DNA from: Methanolobus sp. WCC5 | GTDB taxonomy: Archaea > Halobacteriota > Methanosarcinia > Methanosarcinales > Methanosarcinaceae | DNA length: 64,000 nucleotides | Assembly: GCF_045690325.1 (NCBI RefSeq) | Contig: NZ_CP146981.1 | Span: 1,044,853-1,108,852 of the forward strand | Reading direction: 5' to 3' | Shown here: one piece after another, positions 34,702-43,951 of the stretch | Layout: each line of letters starts with the position of its first letter | Numbering within the stretch: the stretch's first letter is position 1 | Translations under genes and position numbers: made by a program | The notes under the pieces: generated by a model | The model's database searches: none | Told to the model about the DNA's origin: nothing | Seen by the model: the letters and a program-made list of their open reading frames with translations, nothing else

Positions 34702-36440
34702 TACAAATGACATTCAAACTGTCACATTTAAATCCCCGGAATAATTTACGCATCGGCATTTATACCGGATTGGTTTTTGGTCTTGCAGAAGGATTCCCCG
34801 GTGCTATAAAAGGTGCAATTATCGGTTTGATACTTGCTTTTATTACTGCAATGATAGTTCAAAAAGTACTGAACAGAAGACTTGGGATGGAAAGACAGGA
34901 AGATAGCGTAATGTCCTATGCATTCTTCCTGGGAATGATCATCGCAATACCTGGAGCAGTGTTATTTGGTGCGTTCAAACCTGCACCAGTGATTTCACTG
35001 TTTGTGTGTACAATTGTAGCTCTTCGATCTGGCTCAAAAATAAAGAAAATCATGCAGGAAATCAATGCTGAAAAAGAAAATGAAATGCTAGAAAAACTTG
35101 AACTGGAAGAAGCGGCAAGTGATGCAGTTGAAATAACCGTAGAAGTGCAGCAACCACTTAGAACTGAAACTGAAAACCCGGTAAAAATAACCATCAAAAA
35201 TCCGTCTGACCTGCCCATAACTGACATTTCAATTATAGCTAAATGCACCCGTCTTATCCACTGTGACGAACCCGAAGTAAGCATAGATATAATACCACCT
35301 GGATCATCGAGTTATACTGCTATTTTCATCTACCCGAGAATTTCGGATGAAATTGATATCGGACAATTATTCATTGCATACAACATCAACGGAAACTATT
35401 ACGATAAAGACCCAATAGATATTGGAATTTATGAGGCAACAAACGGCCAGAATGTGAACAATGGTAGTATTGGGAATGTAGAAACCCATTTACAGATTAT
35501 CAGGGAAACTGAATTCTACCAGGGGTTTATTCGCCTGAAGATGGCAGTTAATAATAGATCACCTCTGGTTGTTAATGATGTAACACTTGAATTTGACTTT
35601 GATGAGCAGCTTTTCAGGATAGACAGGTTTGAACCTGCATATTCGGAAAAAAACAACCGCTTGATCCTCGGGAATATCCCCGGCAATAATTCAAAGTCAG
35701 TCATGGTTTATTTTGATCCCATGCTGTGCTCAAAGTCCTCAGAGATAAAATGTAGAATCTTTTATAAGGATGCACATGGTAAGCTCCTTAACACGGAAAT
35801 GAAGCCAAAAAGAATCGAAGTTACATGCCCCATCATGAAAACGGATTCCGATATTAATATAGGCATTCTCCGGGAACTTGTAGCATCACTTCCTTTCAGG
35901 GACAGTAAGGTTTACAGAATTAAGTCCGAGCTTGATATTGCAACCATTATGGCCATATGCCGCGAAATGGTACAACGCCATGATATCAGGCATGTGAGAA
36001 CATTGAAGACCATGGATGGAAAAAACTATGAGACCTGGTACTATGGAAAGACAAAAGTAAATGACCATGACCTGATACTCAAAATCACTGCTTCTGAAGA
36101 GACAGGATGTATAGAGATATTTGGTGCCACAAGGACCGCTGAATCACTTGTAGGCATGCTTGCTGAGTTTGGGCGTGAATTCTGCCGGGAGATGAAAACA
36201 AGCCCTGGTGGAAAAAATGATGTCACACCGATCGTCAACGTGACAATCAAAGACTCCATAATTCAGCGTAGCAATCTGTTGAATTCGTGTGACCTTCACG
36301 GAAATTGTACAGGAGATGTGGTCATTGAAGATAGTGTGGTGCAGAACACAGACATGGGAGCAAATTTTTGTACCTCGTGTGGTTCTAAAGTAAGTAAGGG
36401 GGCAAATTACTGCATAGAATGTGGCACCAGGATTATTTAA
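34698..36440 (+). CDS. Multi-TM membrane protein with Ig-like beta repeats and C-terminal zinc ribbon
   Basis: N-terminal TM helices, a coiled coil, and repeated beta-rich modules (…IDIGQLFIAYNINGNYYDKDPIDIG…). The C-terminus is TIKDSIIQRS…CTSCG…CIECG. The likely ATG start at 34707 lies 5 nt after the Vps4-like stop. Confidence 0.6.
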   Translation: MIQMTFKLSHLNPRNNLRIGIYTGLVFGLAEGFPGAIKGAIIGLILAFITAMIVQKVLNRRLGMERQEDSVMSYAFFLGMIIAIPGAVLFGAFKPAPVISLFVCTIVALRSGSKIKKIMQEINAEKENEMLEKLELEEAASDAVEITVEVQQPLRTETENPVKITIKNPSDLPITDISIIAKCTRLIHCDEPEVSIDIIPPGSSSYTAIFIYPRISDEIDIGQLFIAYNINGNYYDKDPIDIGIYEATNGQNVNNGSIGNVETHLQIIRETEFYQGFIRLKMAVNNRSPLVVNDVTLEFDFDEQLFRIDRFEPAYSEKNNRLILGNIPGNNSKSVMVYFDPMLCSKSSEIKCRIFYKDAHGKLLNTEMKPKRIEVTCPIMKTDSDINIGILRELVASLPFRDSKVYRIKSELDIATIMAICREMVQRHDIRHVRTLKTMDGKNYETWYYGKTKVNDHDLILKITASEETGCIEIFGATRTAESLVGMLAEFGREFCREMKTSPGGKNDVTPIVNVTIKDSIIQRSNLLNSCDLHGNCTGDVVIEDSVVQNTDMGANFCTSCGSKVSKGANYCIECGTRII

Positions 36441-36514
36441 GGCCATATTTTCACTAATATATTTATAATTTTAAATACATAAGATACTTGTTCATTCCTG
36501 TAAAGGTGGTTCAA

Positions 36515-37777
36515 ATGAAACTGGGACCTCTGGATGATATTATAAAATCACTTTCTTATGCCCTTCATAACGAGGCAGGTGCCAGGGTAGGATTGTTCTT
36601 TCAATTCTACGTCTTTTTTTGGATTGTGATGTCGTCATTCTTTGTTGTGACACGTATACTCTCAATTGACGAAAGACCAAATCCCATCTATGTTGCCAGT
36701 GCACCATTCTACATCCTGTTTCTTTATGTTCCGCTGTATGCTTTCTGGATATATGAAAAAAAGATCGGCATCGAAAAAAGAAGAGTCAAAGAGATGCAGT
36801 TAGTTTCTTCCGTAAATATAGAATACAGGTTTCCAGAGCCAGTGGATATCGGCATGGCTGCTATGCTGTATTTCAGGATCAATAACCCTACTGAAAAACC
36901 AATAGACAACATCTGGATACGGGCGGTTTTCCCGGCAACTGTTCGCTGTGACAGGCCTGTCCTGAGTCTTGGTTCCCTTGAACCAATGTCATCTTTATCT
37001 TCTTCTTTTTCTTTTATGCCACTCACATCAGGAAATTTGTCAATGGGCTATTGTGACCTTTACTTTGAGATCAACAGGCATAAACACCAGAGACCACCGT
37101 TATTTTTCGGGAACATTGATATTATCCATTCATATCTTGGATTGGATGTTCAAATGCCAAAGACACTCCGATTCGGGCACAGCTCTGTGATATCCATCAG
37201 AATATGGAACCACTCGAATCAGAATCTGGAAAAACTGCACACTAAATGTAATTTCCAAAAAGGAATACAATATGATACAGCTTTTTCCGATACAAGAACT
37301 GTACCCCAGGGTGCCTTATTTGAAGTGACACATCAGATAACCCCAACAACTGCAGGTACAATTGACCTGGGATATTTTGAAATCATATTTGACATTGAAG
37401 ATAACAAATGTAAAATAGGACCGGTGAATTTCGGTGAATATATGATCCGTGTTCCTGAAATCGATGTTAAGATCAATATCCCGGAAACATTATATAGCAC
37501 GGTTGGAAATACCATTGGAATATACGTTGAGAACAAATCTGAGGAAGTAATCCATAACATCTGTTTCAATAGCTGTTTTTCTTCATTTATAGAATGCCAT
37601 AGGCCAAACGTTTGTATCACTGACATCCTCCCATATTCATCCGGATATACTTCACTGATGATAAAACCCGTAAATGCAGGTCAGATCGACCTGGGCAACC
37701 TTAATATTTCCTTTGAAGTGAATGATATAACATTACAGAAAGAACCCATAGACATGGGCACACATGGGGTTGTGTAA
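36515..37777 (+). CDS. Membrane-anchored hypothetical protein with Ig-like beta repeats (paralogous to the domains of the upstream gene)
   Basis: N-terminal TM helices. Repeated motifs (GTIDLGYFEIIFDIEDNKCKIGPVNFG, GQIDLGNLNISFEVNDITLQKEPIDMG) resemble those in 34698-36440. AAGGTGG SD before the ATG at 36515. The track ORF starts with TTG at 36488. Confidence 0.55.
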   Translation: MKLGPLDDIIKSLSYALHNEAGARVGLFFQFYVFFWIVMSSFFVVTRILSIDERPNPIYVASAPFYILFLYVPLYAFWIYEKKIGIEKRRVKEMQLVSSVNIEYRFPEPVDIGMAAMLYFRINNPTEKPIDNIWIRAVFPATVRCDRPVLSLGSLEPMSSLSSSFSFMPLTSGNLSMGYCDLYFEINRHKHQRPPLFFGNIDIIHSYLGLDVQMPKTLRFGHSSVISIRIWNHSNQNLEKLHTKCNFQKGIQYDTAFSDTRTVPQGALFEVTHQITPTTAGTIDLGYFEIIFDIEDNKCKIGPVNFGEYMIRVPEIDVKINIPETLYSTVGNTIGIYVENKSEEVIHNICFNSCFSSFIECHRPNVCITDILPYSSGYTSLMIKPVNAGQIDLGNLNISFEVNDITLQKEPIDMGTHGVV

Positions 37778-37851
37778 AAAGAAAGAGGATTGATATGTAG
37801 AAATGATAATACATCTGTTATCTGTCACCTGGTAAAAATGGAAGAGGTACA

Positions 37852-39123
37852 ATGGAAACACTTAAAGATCCAAAAGAGCTGGAAGCGGTCAACAGGCAAA
37901 CCGTAATCGATAATCTTAATGAGGTTTATAATGCTGTTGAAAAGCTGATCCAAAGAGCCTATGCAAAGAAAGAAAGCGAACTTAATTCCCGGCTTCGCAA
38001 CATAAGGACTGATGTGTCACAGCTCCTATCAGACATCAGGAATAAAAGCATAGATGGTTTTTCCGGAAAGAAAGGAACACTTGATGATTTCTATAGAACG
38101 GGAGAAGAATTGTTGAAGGATTCATACAAAATGAGAGATACATTCTCTTCTTTAACAGGTTCAATGGAGAAGATAGATATCTTTTTACTGGAGGACCTAA
38201 TCGATAATTTTAAAAAGGAATATAATAACCGCATCATAGTAGACCAGAATATTCTCAAAGAGTTCAGGTTAAAACAAATGGAAGCAGCGAGTGCGCAACG
38301 CGTTATGGCAGGTGGCAACGATCTTGCGGTAAAAAAACAAACTCCGATACCTGACCCCAAACCCTGGAATGAAAGGGATAAAATCACAAGCTCTTTTGTA
38401 ATCTCAAAAGAAAGCCCCGGGTCTTCTACACCAGCTTTCTGGACAATGCCAAAGAACAGCAAAGAAGCAGATGTAAAGGAAGATATTGAGACAAATGTGC
38501 TTTCAAAGATCTACAATTACATGAACGTACTGGAGAACAAATATTCAACATACCAGCCGGAAGTATCATTTGCCGGTGAATATATAGGGAACCGAAAATG
38601 GAAAAAGAAAGTATCTGACAAATTCATTTCAGGCAGTGTTGTGGACAGCTTTTTGAAACCCATTCTGACCTTTGAAACCTGTTGGCGTCCATTTGATGAA
38701 CTGAGAACTGTCATGCAATTCGTTCAGAATGAAGCAAGCACAGTTCCGGAAGGAAAATACAAGAGCATATGCCTGCTGAATTTTAACTGGGATGAGGATA
38801 TCGTGGAATGGGCAGAAAACTATGTTCATCCGCGCCTGATATTATATCTTTATGACCTTAAATCAGACAGTATATGGTTCAATGAAAAAATTGAACTTGC
38901 CGGAAAGCTGAAGGTATGGCACAATACGGATACTTATGTAACTCTTCAAAGTGAGCTTGAGGCGCTGACAGAACAGGATGAAGGCTTTAATGCAGCTGAT
39001 GTGATGAAAGTTACAGGATTGAACATTGAAGGTGCCAACAATTATATTTCAGAAATGCTTAAAAGTAAAACTATTATAGATCTGGGATTTGGTACTTCCC
39101 GATATAAAGGAATGAAAAAGTAG
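37852..39123 (+). CDS. Hypothetical soluble protein (N-terminal coiled coil, C-terminal HTH-like segment)
   Basis: 423-aa ORF in the same orientation, 75 bp after the previous gene. No family recognised. Confidence 0.5.
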   Translation: METLKDPKELEAVNRQTVIDNLNEVYNAVEKLIQRAYAKKESELNSRLRNIRTDVSQLLSDIRNKSIDGFSGKKGTLDDFYRTGEELLKDSYKMRDTFSSLTGSMEKIDIFLLEDLIDNFKKEYNNRIIVDQNILKEFRLKQMEAASAQRVMAGGNDLAVKKQTPIPDPKPWNERDKITSSFVISKESPGSSTPAFWTMPKNSKEADVKEDIETNVLSKIYNYMNVLENKYSTYQPEVSFAGEYIGNRKWKKKVSDKFISGSVVDSFLKPILTFETCWRPFDELRTVMQFVQNEASTVPEGKYKSICLLNFNWDEDIVEWAENYVHPRLILYLYDLKSDSIWFNEKIELAGKLKVWHNTDTYVTLQSELEALTEQDEGFNAADVMKVTGLNIEGANNYISEMLKSKTIIDLGFGTSRYKGMKK

Positions 39124-39148
39124 GAAAGGGAACCAGAGAGTGAGAAAC

Positions 39149-39559
39149 TCACTCTTCTGCTGCTTCCTCAGCCGGCTCTTCATCGCCGCCAAGGATCTTT
39201 TCTATAGTCTTGTCACCGTATTCTGCAACAACCGTGTTTATCTGCACGATGTCAGGAGCAATCTCCTTTCCACGCATCATTTTTCTGCGGCGTACTCCAT
39301 TTGAGACCGGGGAATAACCGGTCCCTCCGGCAACGAGCAATTTCTGCCTTCTTGGTCCTGGGATGTCTGACCTCATGACCATTCCACTCTTGTCGCTTCC
39401 TCCCGTTATTTTCAGTGTATAACCAGGCAAGCCTACTGTTGCACCGTCAACGGTCTGTCCTATTGATTTTCCTATAAATTTGTTGGCTTCAGCGCCTGTG
39501 ACATTGAACTGATATGACTTTGTCTTAGGATCTGCAACCACTACCTTGAAATCTGCCAT
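39149..39559 (-). CDS. rps6e: 30S ribosomal protein S6e
   Basis: [17 protein letters not shown]… [13 protein letters not shown] is classic S6e. Confidence 0.9.
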   Translation of the reverse strand: MADFKVVVADPKTKSYQFNVTGAEANKFIGKSIGQTVDGATVGLPGYTLKITGGSDKSGMVMRSDIPGPRRQKLLVAGGTGYSPVSNGVRRRKMMRGKEIAPDIVQINTVVAEYGDKTIEKILGGDEEPAEEAAEE

Positions 39560-39624
39560 ATTTTTTCCTCCTTAATAGTTTATTGTTCCTGTTTGTTATG
39601 ATCTGTCTAATGAATATGCAAACC

Positions 39625-41406
39625 TTATTTTGCCCAGAAGGGGTTGTCCCTTCGTTTTATTGCAAGGAATGCATCCAGAGTTTCTAATTCATCTGCCGTC
39701 ATTGAGTCGTAAATTTCATGTTCCATTTTCTTTGCGTGCCTTTCAGGGACATTTACAAATAGAGTATCCTCTTCCTTGATCTGTCTTCCGACAGTAGGTC
39801 CTTCGATGGCCATTGCAACTTCCATTCCAATGCGCGCCTCTGAGATATTCTCTCCCCTTGACTGAAGACCCTTGATCTTGCCTACAACCTCACCATCGGT
39901 GTTCACGACATCTACATTTGTCCTGACCATACCACCAATTATCTTCACACCTACAACAGCAGGCTTGCTCTGACGGAAAGTGCAGTCAGGCATGATCTGG
40001 AACCTTCCCGGTTTGATGATGGTATCGGATATCTCTTTCTCTGCAAGCTCTTTCTGCTTTTTGACCCAGTCCTTGTAATCATCTATCAGACGATATATCA
40101 CATCGTTCATGAACAATTTCACATCTGTGGACTGAATCTTTTCCTTAGCATCAGGAAGCAGTTTTACATTGAATCCCACAACGACCGAGTAGAAAGGATC
40201 CTCAATGGCTGAAACTTCCACGATGTCCCTGTGACTGATATCACCGACATCGGCTTTTCTTATAGGGATCTCTTCCTTCTTGAGTTCGTTAACAAGAGCC
40301 TCCAGGGAACCTATCGTATCGGCCTTTATGTAAATACCGACGGAATCCGTATCAATCTGGACCTCTTCTATCTCACTCTTTATCTGTTCAGTAATCGTAT
40401 CAATTGTTTCCGGGCTAACAACCCTTACAGGTGAGCCTGCCAGTGCACCTTCGAGATTAGGAGCTGATATCTTCACACCTACAGCGGCTGTGACCTCGTC
40501 GACTTTCTGGAACCTTTCTTCGGACTTGATCTCTGAGAGGGGACGTGGTTTCAACAATGCTCTGACCTTGGTCTGAATGGGATTACCAAGACACCCCACA
40601 ACTATAGTATCACCTTTTCTTATGGTTCCGTCATACAATATAGTGTCTATCGTAGTTCCAAGGCCTTTCTCCTCTTTTACCTCAAGCACAGTTCCAATAC
40701 CGGGACCTGTTGCATCATAATGCAGGCTGCCCTCAAGGAATCTCTGGGCAAGCCCCAGAAGTATCATGAGCACATCAGGAATACCTTCACCTGTTACTGC
40801 ACTAATTGGGATTATACCTATATTTCGCTGGAAATCGCTTACCCGGTCATATCTCTCAGAATTAAAGCCTATATTATAAAGTTCACCGACTACCTGATAC
40901 AGTTTGTTATCAAGGTCTGCCTTTACACGCTCACTCTGTTTTTTGTAAGTGGCCAGGAAAGGGACGTTCTTGTCAGGTGTCCAGCCATGTATCCTGTCTA
41001 TCTTGTTTGCAACAACTACAAAAGGAGTCTTGAATCTCTTGAGAATATGAAGACTTTCAATGGTCTGGGGCATAAACCCTTCATTCACGTCAACAATAAC
41101 AATAGCAAGGTCCGCAAGTGCACCTCCTCTGCTTCTCAGGGAAGTGAATGCATGGTGACCGGGGGTGTCTATGAACAGAAGTCCGGGGACTATGAACTTA
41201 TCCTTAAGCGAAGGATCCCCACATTTGTTCACTATATTCTCAATAGGAACCTCAGTTGCACCTATGTGCTGAGTAATGGCTCCTGCCTCTCCTTCGGCAA
41301 CGGCGCTTCCCCTTATCCTATCAAGCAGGGTCGTCTTTCCGTGATCGACATGTCCCATTACAGAAACAATTGGTGTACGTAGATTTTCTTTTACAGCCAT
41401 GTACAA
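39625..41406 (-). CDS. infB: Translation initiation factor aIF5B (IF-2)
   Basis: G domain VMGHVDHGKTTLLD and DTPGH, followed by beta-barrel domains. 593 aa. Confidence 0.9.
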   Translation of the reverse strand: MYMAVKENLRTPIVSVMGHVDHGKTTLLDRIRGSAVAEGEAGAITQHIGATEVPIENIVNKCGDPSLKDKFIVPGLLFIDTPGHHAFTSLRSRGGALADLAIVIVDVNEGFMPQTIESLHILKRFKTPFVVVANKIDRIHGWTPDKNVPFLATYKKQSERVKADLDNKLYQVVGELYNIGFNSERYDRVSDFQRNIGIIPISAVTGEGIPDVLMILLGLAQRFLEGSLHYDATGPGIGTVLEVKEEKGLGTTIDTILYDGTIRKGDTIVVGCLGNPIQTKVRALLKPRPLSEIKSEERFQKVDEVTAAVGVKISAPNLEGALAGSPVRVVSPETIDTITEQIKSEIEEVQIDTDSVGIYIKADTIGSLEALVNELKKEEIPIRKADVGDISHRDIVEVSAIEDPFYSVVVGFNVKLLPDAKEKIQSTDVKLFMNDVIYRLIDDYKDWVKKQKELAEKEISDTIIKPGRFQIMPDCTFRQSKPAVVGVKIIGGMVRTNVDVVNTDGEVVGKIKGLQSRGENISEARIGMEVAMAIEGPTVGRQIKEEDTLFVNVPERHAKKMEHEIYDSMTADELETLDAFLAIKRRDNPFWAK

Positions 41407-41508
41407 ACCCCTTCAAAGATCATTCAGATAGCCGGAAATGATTTTCGGTAAAGGATATTTCAGGATGCCTGCTTAATATAAGTTTGCAAACATCCCAACT
41501 GCTTCTAC

Positions 41509-41958
41509 TTACTCGTAGAGGCAGACCTCATCTATCTTAGAATAATTAACTATCTCCTGATCCCCGAAGTGGATAGATATCTCACGCTGTGCGGATTCCT
41601 GTGAATCAGATGCATGCACCACATTCCTGCCTGTCTCGATTGCAAGATCTCCCCTTATAGTACCGGGAAGTGCATCCACGGGGTTTGTGGCACCGTTCAC
41701 TGCGCGCATGATAGCAATGGCATTCTTTCCTTCCACTACCATGGAAACAGAGGGTCCGGAAGTCACATACTCTATAAGTGAAGCAAAGAAAGGCCTTGCT
41801 TCATGTTCCTTATAGTGTTCCTTCGCATTCTCTTCACTCATGACACATAATTTCATGGCCGCGATCTTAAGGCCACGCCTCTCGATCCTTGAGATGATCT
41901 CTCCCATCAGTCCACGCTGTACAGCGTCAGGTTTGATCATTATGTATGTCTGTTCCAT
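41509..41958 (-). CDS. ndk: Nucleoside diphosphate kinase
   Basis: [14 protein letters not shown] … the NxxHASD active-site His region. Confidence 0.9.
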   Translation of the reverse strand: MEQTYIMIKPDAVQRGLMGEIISRIERRGLKIAAMKLCVMSEENAKEHYKEHEARPFFASLIEYVTSGPSVSMVVEGKNAIAIMRAVNGATNPVDALPGTIRGDLAIETGRNVVHASDSQESAQREISIHFGDQEIVNYSKIDEVCLYE

Positions 41959-41971
41959 TTAGAGCACCCGA

Positions 41972-42169
41972 TCATGCTTTCTTCAGGTATATCCTTCCCT
42001 GTTCGGTCCAGATGGTACGTCTTGGCAACCTTCCAAGATCAAAGTTGCTTTCGCATTTGGATGAGCAGAAATAATAAGTTGACCCATCCTTCTTTACAAA
42101 GAGCTTACCTGTTCCCGGCTCAAGAAGTTCACCACAAAAAGAACATTTCCTTTGTTCCATTTTAGTCAC
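41972..42169 (-). CDS. rpl24e: 50S ribosomal protein L24e
   Basis: C4 zinc motif CSFCG…CSSKC. 65 aa. Confidence 0.9.
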   Translation of the reverse strand: MTKMEQRKCSFCGELLEPGTGKLFVKKDGSTYYFCSSKCESNFDLGRLPRRTIWTEQGRIYLKKA

Positions 42170-42170
42170 C

Positions 42171-42386
42171 TCACCTGGTAGTCAGTTTCTTGGCCTCTCT
42201 GGAAGTCTCGATCAACATCAGGATGTCACCGATCCTTACAGGACCAACACAATTACGGGTGATTATACGGCCCTTGTCACGTCCTTCCAGCACACGGCAC
42301 TGGATCTGGCTGGCTTCACCATGCATACCGGTGTTACCGATAATATCGATGACTTCAGCCGCATAGCCTGTATCTTCATCTGCCAT
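42171..42386 (-). CDS. rps28e: 30S ribosomal protein S28e
   Basis: [47 protein letters not shown] is canonical S28e. Confidence 0.9.
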   Translation of the reverse strand: MADEDTGYAAEVIDIIGNTGMHGEASQIQCRVLEGRDKGRIITRNCVGPVRIGDILMLIETSREAKKLTTR

Positions 42387-42408
42387 AGCGATACCTCACG
42401 TATCAGTA

Positions 42409-42767
42409 TTATTTAAGTGCACTGACTTTCTGTGCAATGTCTTCAACAAGCTCGCCACCCTTACCGGCATCGATAATCGCGACAGCGGAGCAAGCAACAC
42501 CTATTCCACAGGCTGCACCGAGCTCTTTCTGCTCTTTCACATAGATGTATGCAGTGTTCTTCTCTTCACAGAGTGGTGCAATGTGTGCAATTACTTCTGC
42601 AGGATCGACATCCTCTGCAATTACCGCAAGTTTTGTGATGCCTCTCTCAATAGCTTTTGTCACTTCGTTTATCCCTTTCTTTACTTTGCCTGTGTCTCTT
42701 GCAAGTTCTACACTCTCAAGTGCCTTGTTCACGAGTTCTTCCGGAACATCAAATTTAGCTGCCATAT
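42409..42767 (-). CDS. rpl7ae: 50S ribosomal protein L7Ae (K-turn binding)
   Basis: [28 protein letters not shown]… is the L7Ae/L30e fold. The start is likely the internal [10 protein letters not shown] (42767). The track ORF extends to 42801. Confidence 0.9.
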
Positions 42768-43037
42768 TATAATCTCCTTCGAAACCATGATGTGTGCTCA
42801 TGGTTTTTCATTATTCATTGTACGCCGGAAAGCCGGCTAATTTGGCCAATTACGATTGTAATGATATTACCAATAATTAACTGACACAAAGATATATGCC
42901 AAACAATGGCTGCGAATTACTGCATGCTCCTGTATGGTTCACTGCAGAATGCGCGACTGGAGTCAGTAAATAACCTGTTAAGGTATAAACCTTGTGGCAG
43001 GTGAAAAGAAGAAAAAAGGTGAGACGGGTTATGCGCC

Positions 43038-43898
43038 TTACCTGAATTGTTCCATTGCAAGATTGAAGAAATTAGATGCCTCGGTAGTAATAACTACTTT
43101 CATGATCCTTCCTTCATCCTCAACCGTTACGTTGTAGAGCAGATCCCTTTCACTACTTGTAGCCTCAAGATCAGATATTGCAGCAACAGTGGTATCTGCA
43201 GGATCAACGAATATCTCGGTCCGCGAATAATTACCGTCACCCATATTTCTGAATTCCAGATAGTGCAGTTCTGCAACTTCATCAGAAGAGCTTACCCATT
43301 GATATTCGGCACCAGGTACCACATAAACCATTATTTCGTTGAAATCTGTCGATGCCTGGCCGGTTCCTGAATTTACATCTATGACCTTTTCAAGGGTGTT
43401 CCTGTCACCTAACAGGGTAGGGGTCCCTATTATATTATATATATTGGTTCCCCTCTGCAACAGAGAATAACCATTATACATATCTGCGACTGCATAATCA
43501 AAGTTAACGACCTCAGGTGTCAGTATATGTGCCTCGAATCCGAAATTTGATGAAACATCATATGCAGAGAACCTTTTTACCATCAACGTATTGTAATAAG
43601 CATAAAGATCCGTTATATTGTAATCCTGAAGTGGTGTCCCGTAGGTTCTGGAATAATCCACATATATGGCATTAGATACTCCTTGCGGACTGAACGCAAG
43701 ACCGTCTGAAAGCGAATTCATCTCAGCGCTAAAGTGTGTTCCGCTTATGACCTCAAAACCCGGTGCATCCTCAGGATCTGTAACATCTCCGTCTTTGCTG
43801 GAACTGTTCCCACTGCCGCCGAAAAAAAGTGCCATGACCGATGTCACCATGATTAGCGCCAGAAAAATCCCTATTATCCTAACATATTTCTGTTCCAT
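43038..43898 (-). CDS. Hypothetical secreted/membrane-anchored protein
   Basis: 286 aa with an N-terminal signal/TM helix (IIGIFLALIMVTSVMALFF). No family recognised. Confidence 0.5.
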   Translation of the reverse strand: MEQKYVRIIGIFLALIMVTSVMALFFGGSGNSSSKDGDVTDPEDAPGFEVISGTHFSAEMNSLSDGLAFSPQGVSNAIYVDYSRTYGTPLQDYNITDLYAYYNTLMVKRFSAYDVSSNFGFEAHILTPEVVNFDYAVADMYNGYSLLQRGTNIYNIIGTPTLLGDRNTLEKVIDVNSGTGQASTDFNEIMVYVVPGAEYQWVSSSDEVAELHYLEFRNMGDGNYSRTEIFVDPADTTVAAISDLEATSSERDLLYNVTVEDEGRIMKVVITTEASNFFNLAMEQFR

Positions 43899-43951
43899 TC
43901 ATTCATTCTCCTCAATCATAAGTGTGAAAAAAGTAATATAAGAAAGCAATA

